A stretch of DNA of 64,000 bases from an uncultured Chloroflexia bacterium (lineage in GTDB: Bacteria > Chloroflexota > Limnocylindria > QHBO01). The stretch lies in contig CAWJZO010000001.1 in the NCBI GenBank assembly GCA_963847375.1, positions 1,083,904 to 1,147,903 of the forward strand, given 5' to 3'. Positions within the stretch are counted from its first letter, which is position 1; the number at the start of each line of letters is the position of its first letter. Under the pieces are notes generated by a model, which saw nothing but the letters and a program-made list of their open reading frames with translations, ran no database searches and was not told the origin of the DNA. The translations under genes and the position numbers were made by a program. Of this stretch, positions 58,725 to 64,000 are shown in pieces.

Positions 58725-60002
58725 ATGCCCGGCTTCGCTGACCGCGCGCGCATCCTCGTCGCCGGTGGCGCCGGCGGCGACGGCGCCAGCACCTTCCGTC
58801 GCGAGGCGCACGTCCCTCGTGGCGGTCCGGACGGCGGAGATGGCGGCAACGGCGGGAGCGTGATCCTGGTCGTCGAGCCCGGCCAGACGACGCTCGGCGA
58901 TTTCCAGCGCAAGCGTCACTTCCGCGCCTCCCCCGGCGGGCGCGGCACCGGGCGCAAGGCGCACGGCCGCAGCGCGACCGACGTCGTCGTGCGCGTCCCG
59001 CCCGGCACCGTCGTTCGCTCCCATCCCGAGGGCGAGCGGATCGGCGAGCTGCTCGAGAGCGACGACCGGCTGGTGGTCGCACGCGGCGGACGTGGCGGGC
59101 GCGGCAATGCGCGCTTCGCGACGCCGACGAACCGGGCACCGCGACACGCCGAGAAGGGCACGCCCGGCGAGGAGCGCTGGGTCGAGCTTGAGCTGAAGCT
59201 GATCGCGGACATCGGCCTGGTGGGCGCGCCGAATGCCGGCAAGTCGACGCTGCTGGCGGCGCTCACCGAGGCCCGCCCGGAGGTCGGCGCCTATCCATTC
59301 ACCACGGTCAGCCCGAATCTCGGGGTGATCGCGCTCGACCCTGACGGCGAGCGGCTGGCAATCATCGCCGACGTGCCCGGCCTCATCGAGGGCGCCCACG
59401 AGGGCAAGGGCCTCGGCCACCAGTTCCTCCGCCATGTCGAGCGCACCCGCGTGCTGGTCGGGGTCGTCGATGGCGCGGCGCGCGAGCCGGTGCCCGAGTG
59501 GGAGGCCGTCGCCGAGGAGCTGCGCCTGCACGACCCAGCGCTCATGGCGCGCCCGATGCCGCTCGTCGTCACCAAGCTGGACCTGCCCGATGTGCGCGAT
59601 CACTGGCCGGAGGTCCGCGACCAGTTGGCCGGCGCGATCGGCGTGAGCGCCCACGATGGCACCGGGCTCGATGAGCTCCGCGCACGGCTGGCGACCGCGC
59701 TCGACGAGGCCGAGGCACACGCGGCCGCCGAGCCGGCGGACGACGAGCGGGTGATCCATCGCTTCGACCCGCTGGCCGAGGGCTGGCAGGTGGTCGCCGA
59801 CGGTGACGGTCTCAGGGTGAAGGGCAGGCGCGTCGAGACGGCGGCCGCCCGCACCGACTTCGAAAACGACGAGTCGCGCGACCGCTTCTGGCGCCTTCTC
59901 GAGCGGCTCGGGGTCGACGACGAGCTCCGGAAGCGCGGGGCCGGGCCGGGGATGACGGTGCACATCGGTCCGGCCGAGCTCGAATGGGGCGAGGACGAGT
60001 GA
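58725..60002 (+). CDS. obg: GTPase Obg
   Basis: Gly-rich Obg fold (GGDGGNGG), G1 GLVGAPNAGKST, G3 DVPGLIEGA. Confidence 0.95.
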   Translation: MPGFADRARILVAGGAGGDGASTFRREAHVPRGGPDGGDGGNGGSVILVVEPGQTTLGDFQRKRHFRASPGGRGTGRKAHGRSATDVVVRVPPGTVVRSHPEGERIGELLESDDRLVVARGGRGGRGNARFATPTNRAPRHAEKGTPGEERWVELELKLIADIGLVGAPNAGKSTLLAALTEARPEVGAYPFTTVSPNLGVIALDPDGERLAIIADVPGLIEGAHEGKGLGHQFLRHVERTRVLVGVVDGAAREPVPEWEAVAEELRLHDPALMARPMPLVVTKLDLPDVRDHWPEVRDQLAGAIGVSAHDGTGLDELRARLATALDEAEAHAAAEPADDERVIHRFDPLAEGWQVVADGDGLRVKGRRVETAAARTDFENDESRDRFWRLLERLGVDDELRKRGAGPGMTVHIGPAELEWGEDE

Positions 60003-60688
60003 CGATCGACCTCTTCGCCGCACCGCGCACCGAGCGTGCCCCGGAATGGGTCGCGGAGAGCGCGAGGCGGATCGGGATCCTGGGCGGCACCTTCGACCCG
60101 CCGCATGTCGGGCACCTGTGGCTGGCGACGCTGGCGGCGGACGCCATCGGTCTCGACCGGGTGCTGTTCATGCCGGCCGCGCAGCCACCGCACAAGCCCG
60201 GCGAGGGGATGGCGAGCGCGGCCGATCGGCTGCTGATGACGCGCCTGGGCATCGCCGGCGACGAGGCCTTTGAGCTGACGCTCATCGAGATGGAGCGCGC
60301 TGGGCCGTCGTACACGATCGACAGCGTCGTCGAGCTGCGACGCCTCTACGGCGACGAGGCCGATCTGTTCCTGCTCATGGCCGCCGACTCGCTGGCGCAG
60401 ATCGACACGTGGCGCCAACCGGACGAGCTCCTCGAGCGGATCGAGTGGGTCGTGGGGCCGCGGCCGGGCGTGGCGCTGCCGGATCGGTCGGCGCTCGATG
60501 AGCGGTTCGGTGAGCGTGCCAGCCGCATCCACCTGCTCGACGGGCCATCGCTCGACGTCAGCAGCACTGAGGTCCGCGAGCGAGTGGCGGCCGGACACGC
60601 CATCCGCTACCTTGTGCCGCGCGGCGTCGAGGAGCTGATCGTCGATCGCGGGCTCTACCGCCGCGAGCGAAGGAGTGGCCCGTCCTGA
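59999..60688 (+). CDS. nadD: Nicotinate-nucleotide adenylyltransferase
   Basis: GILGGTFDPPHVGH (the (H/T)xGH motif) and SSTEVRERV. The start is GTG 59999 (GTGA with obg) or ATG 59984. Confidence 0.85.
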   Translation: MTIDLFAAPRTERAPEWVAESARRIGILGGTFDPPHVGHLWLATLAADAIGLDRVLFMPAAQPPHKPGEGMASAADRLLMTRLGIAGDEAFELTLIEMERAGPSYTIDSVVELRRLYGDEADLFLLMAADSLAQIDTWRQPDELLERIEWVVGPRPGVALPDRSALDERFGERASRIHLLDGPSLDVSSTEVRERVAAGHAIRYLVPRGVEELIVDRGLYRRERRSGPS

Positions 60689-60702
60689 CCGATCCCGACC
60701 GC

Positions 60703-61059
60703 GTGGAGATCCCGTCCGATGCCGCCGAGCTCGCGCACCGGATCGTCGAGATCGCGTCCGACAAGAAGGGCAACGATATCGTCCTGCTGCGGACCGCCGA
60801 GCTCACGACGATGGCCGACTTCTTCGTCATCGCGTCGGGGCGCTCCGACCGCCAGGCCCAGGCGCTGGCCGGCGCGATCGTCGACGAGCTGCGCAAGGAG
60901 GGGACTCGCCCGCTGGGCGTCGAGGGACGCGAGTCGTCGCGCTGGGTGCTGCTCGACTACGGGAGCGTCATCGTCCATGTCTTTGCGCCCGAGGAGCGCG
61001 AGTACTACGGCCTCGAGCGGCTGTGGGGCAAAGCCGCCCAGGTCGTACGCGTCGTCTAG
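60703..61059 (+). CDS. rsfS: Ribosomal silencing factor RsfS (Iojap)
   Basis: VEIASDKKGNDIVLL...DFFVIASGRSDRQAQALAGAIVDEL...WVLLDYGSVIVHVF. Confidence 0.9.
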   Translation: MEIPSDAAELAHRIVEIASDKKGNDIVLLRTAELTTMADFFVIASGRSDRQAQALAGAIVDELRKEGTRPLGVEGRESSRWVLLDYGSVIVHVFAPEEREYYGLERLWGKAAQVVRVV

Positions 61060-61233
61060 CGCCACGACCTCGCGTCGTGGCGCGCGAGCAAGAAGAGCAC
61101 GAGCAGAAAGTTGGTGCCGACCTTGCTGCTCTTGACGAGAATCCCCTGACATCCGGAAGTACGGGGTCGGTCCCGCAGGGGTGGCCCATCGGTCCCATTG
61201 AGAGCGGCGCCCTGCGTTCGCATGCTCGTTGCC

Positions 61234-61512
61234 ATGACTGCCCAGGCGCGACGTTCGCGACCGATCGAGACCTGCCGCTTCTGCAGCGGGGCGCTGCTGA
61301 CGTCCGTGTTCGACACCGTCTTCCGCGACCCGGCAGCCGATGAGCGCCTCTTCTTCGCCATCCCCGGCGCGCTGTGCGTGCCGTGCCGCCAGCTGTATGT
61401 CGACCAGCAACTGATCGGCATCCTCGGCCTCGACGGCGCGCGCTGCACCTTCGCGATCGAGTCCGATCGCGTCCTCCAGACCGGCCAGGCCGGTCAGGCC
61501 CCGGCCGCCTAG
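61234..61512 (+). CDS. Small Cys-pair protein (CxxC...CxxC), unknown function
   Basis: CRFCSG ... CVPCRQ. It is a single ORF in a lower-GC patch, and the start is uncertain. Confidence 0.3.
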   Translation: MTAQARRSRPIETCRFCSGALLTSVFDTVFRDPAADERLFFAIPGALCVPCRQLYVDQQLIGILGLDGARCTFAIESDRVLQTGQAGQAPAA

Positions 61513-62546
61513 GCGCGTCGCGCCATCACCTGCTCGCCGAGCCATGCGGCGAGTGCGGGCTGCTCCTCCATCGCGTTCGACTTGATTGCCAGGTCGGCCT
61601 CCCACAGGCCGATGAGCATCGCCTCGAGCTCCTCGCCCCGATAGCGCCTCGCCGCATCCACCAGCCGTTCGGCCACGCGGGCATTGCCACGCGCCACGCG
61701 CTTCGCGATCTCGCCCGGCGGCGTCTTCCGCGCGGCGAGGTCGCGGGCGACGATCAGGTCGCTCACCCGTCCCGCCAGTGAGGCGAGGATCCGCAACCCG
61801 GGCTGCCCCTCGTCGAGGGCGCGCTGGAGTGCCGCCGCTGCGGCCGCGGGCTCGCGCCGGTCGATGGCATTGGTGATCGCGAAGACCGATGCGGGCCGCG
61901 TGTCCGCTGTCAGCGCCTCGACGTCGTCCGCGGTGATCGGCCGCTTACCCGCGTACGTGGCGAGCTTGCGCAGCTCCGAGTCGGCGATCCGGGTCATCTC
62001 GCCGCGTTCGACGTCGGTCTCCCAGATGCCGCCTCCGGTGCGCTCGGCCAGCACATGCGCCGCCCGGGTCTCGATCTTCACGCCGATGCGCGCCGCGTGC
62101 GCCGTGATCCAGCCGCGCAGCTCACCGCGGCGCGGGGCCGCATGCTCCTCGACGCGGCCGCCGCGGGCCTTCACCGCGTCGGCCAGGCGCTTCAGCAGCG
62201 CCGGCGGCTTCGTGATGTCGCGCGATGGGCGCTCCTCGAGCAGCGCCAGCGCGGAGCCGTCGGGCAGATCGGTGACCAGCGCCAGCAGCTTGTCCGCCAG
62301 TGCGGTCGAGCGACCGGCGGCCTTGAGCGGTTGACGGAGGACCGCGAGGTGCGCTCCGAAAAGGCTCATCGTTCCGGCCTCGAGCTGCGCGCGGTCGATC
62401 GCGCCGTCGGGCGCCGATCCGGCGTTGACCTCGACGACGTCGTTCGCGTCGATCGAGGCCGCGAAGTCACGTACCGCGGCGTCCAGGCCGAAGCCGTCGT
62501 CGCCGTGGACGAGGAGGAGCGCCACGCTCACCCGCCGGCCTCCCAT
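61509..62546 (-). CDS. holA: DNA polymerase III delta subunit
   Basis: Length and pattern of HolA (LLLVHGDD...; the C-terminal helical domain with LEAMLIGLWEADLAIK), in the usual position next to comEC. Confidence 0.7.
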   Translation of the reverse strand: MGGRRVSVALLLVHGDDGFGLDAAVRDFAASIDANDVVEVNAGSAPDGAIDRAQLEAGTMSLFGAHLAVLRQPLKAAGRSTALADKLLALVTDLPDGSALALLEERPSRDITKPPALLKRLADAVKARGGRVEEHAAPRRGELRGWITAHAARIGVKIETRAAHVLAERTGGGIWETDVERGEMTRIADSELRKLATYAGKRPITADDVEALTADTRPASVFAITNAIDRREPAAAAAALQRALDEGQPGLRILASLAGRVSDLIVARDLAARKTPPGEIAKRVARGNARVAERLVDAARRYRGEELEAMLIGLWEADLAIKSNAMEEQPALAAWLGEQVMARRA

Positions 62547-63085
62547 GCCGCGCGCAGGAGAGCCACGAGGTCGTCGACGGACAGCTCGGTCGCCTCGGCC
62601 AGCTGCTCCTCGAGGGCATGGGCGGGCCGCCGCGCCGTCTCGATCGATTCGGCGTGCCGGGGATGCCGCGCCTTCATGTCGTCCAGGCGCTCGTCAACGG
62701 TCATGAACGCCAGCGCCACATGGCGGTCGGCCACGGCCACGAGGACCGACGGCCAGCCGATGGGGTGGCGATCGTCGTCGAGGAGCGCGGTGACCGGGTG
62801 GGAGGCGACCGGCATCGCGAGCTCGGGGTAGCCAAGCGCCTCGAGCCGCATCGCCCCGACGATGCCGTGCTCGCCACCGGTGCGGCGGATCTCGACCTTG
62901 TCAATGTCGTGGAGGAGTGCTGCCGCTTCGACCAGCGCGCCGTCCACCGGGATCGAGGCCTCGGCCACCAGCCCGGCGGCCGCCACGGCGACGCGAGCCA
63001 CGCCCTCGGAGTGTACGACGATGCCGTCAGGCAGCCCGGCGCCGGCCAGCAGCCGTCGGGCGGTGTCTCGGTCGGGGATGGCCAC
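62528..63085 (-). CDS. HD-domain phosphohydrolase (YqeK-like)
   Basis: H...HD motif: VHSEGVARVA...ALLHDIDK. Confidence 0.7.
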   Translation of the reverse strand: MAIPDRDTARRLLAGAGLPDGIVVHSEGVARVAVAAAGLVAEASIPVDGALVEAAALLHDIDKVEIRRTGGEHGIVGAMRLEALGYPELAMPVASHPVTALLDDDRHPIGWPSVLVAVADRHVALAFMTVDERLDDMKARHPRHAESIETARRPAHALEEQLAEATELSVDDLVALLRAAWEAGG

Positions 63086-64000
63086 GGACCGATGCTACCG
63101 GCGCCCGCCAGCCCATGCACCGCCAGCGCCCCGGTCGAGCCGCCGTCGGTTTGCACGCGGAGCGTGAGGCCATCGGTGACGACCTCGACGTCGCCGTCGA
63201 GATCGGTTCGGAAGACGGCGATCCCCGGGCGCGCGAGGGTGCCCAGCGTCTCCGGTGCCGGATGACCGTACTCGTTGCCCTCGCCGGACGAGATGACGGC
63301 GACCGAGGGACGGACGGCGTCGACCAGCCCGGGCGTCGTGGACGAATTCGAGCCGTGGTGGCCGACCTTCAGGACGTCGACGGGTCCCACCAGGCCGCGC
63401 GAGACGAGCACGGTCTCGACCGGCGCCTCGGCGTCGCCAGTCAGCAGCGCCGAGAAGCCACCCATCTCGAGCAGCAGCACGACCGACCCGTTGTTGATGT
63501 CGCCCTCTGGCAGCGGCGCGTCGGCGTCGGCCTGCGTGGGATAGAGGACGGTGGCGAAGGTGCCCGCCCCGAGATCGAGGCGCTGGCCCGCGCGTGCCAG
63601 GACGGTCGGAAGGGCGGCACGGGCCGCATCGGTCAGGAGGCGGTTGTTGGCCGGGTTCGCGAACGGGATGCCGGCGTGCAGGAGCGCGCCGACGCGGTGG
63701 CGATCCAGCACGTCGACGAGCCCGGCGACATGGTCCTGATGCGGATGGCTGAGCACGAGCAGATCGATGCGTCGGGCGAAGAACGGCAGGTTCGCGCCCA
63801 TCCGTCGCAGGGTCAGCTCTGGGTCCGGCCCGCCGTCGACGAGCGTCGTCGTGCCGTCGGGCGCCTCGACCAAGATGGCGTCCCCCTGCCCGATATCGAG
63901 CACCGTGAGGTGAAGCAACCCGTCCGGGCGCGACGCGATCGTGATCGCCAGCAGGAGGCCCACCAGCCCAGCCCCGATCGGCAGCGGACGCGCGACGCGC
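63086..64000 (-). CDS. comEC: ComEC/Rec2 competence protein, C-terminal metallo-beta-lactamase domain (gene continues beyond the window end; true stop unclear)
   Basis: LTVLDIGQGDAILVE...LVLSHPHQDHVAGL...VLKVGHHGSNSS...FRTD. The in-frame ORF does not stop until 62701, overlapping the HD gene. Confidence 0.7.

Overview
This is a high-GC (~70%) bacterial chromosomal segment whose gene order and content look Actinomycetota-like: obg-nadD-rsfS, pyrG, rho, a fabD plus tandem KAS operon, and many 4-nt ATGA/GTGA start-stop overlaps. I found no rRNA, tRNA, CRISPR array or transposase. The window splits into two parts.

Part 1, about 1-26.4 kb, is a cell-envelope glycan island. A leftward operon (8242 down to 1 and beyond) encodes an NTase-like/P-loop-kinase fusion, a Wzx-type flippase, a methyltransferase-like/APH-kinase fusion, a PAPS-type sulfotransferase, an NPP-family phosphodiesterase, APS kinase CysC and a second NPP paralog that is cut by the window start. 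The adjacent core glycan genes are an NAD-dependent epimerase, a PglC-like initiating phosphoglycosyl transferase, a membrane-anchored degenerate GGDEF protein that keeps its I-site, a UDP-sugar 6-dehydrogenase, a second APH-fold kinase, two GT4 glycosyltransferases and an alginate-lyase-like protein. Three paralogous secreted BNR/Asp-box-like beta-propeller proteins sit in the island; one has PKD and DNRLRE-like domains and one has three C-terminal SLH domains.

Part 2, about 26.4-64 kb, is mostly housekeeping and metabolism. It contains cysS, a NUDIX hydrolase, fabD-KAS-KAS with palindromic candidate operators upstream, an M20 peptidase, an MFS transporter, an aldehyde dehydrogenase, GrpB, a Rieske protein, a MoaD-MoaE fusion, an agmatinase, psuK-psuG, a UbiA-family prenyltransferase, a DUF2087-like protein, pyrG, rho, a cell-wall amidase and M23 peptidase, obg, nadD, rsfS, holA, an HD-domain protein and the 3' part of comEC.

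The most interesting content is the predicted sulfation and phosphorylation module with two unusual fusion enzymes, the c-di-GMP-receptor-like degenerate GGDEF protein, the triplicated secreted propeller family with different anchoring modules, and several repeat or palindrome-rich noncoding regions (26.35-26.54 kb, 36.28-36.53 kb, 50.19-50.49 kb).
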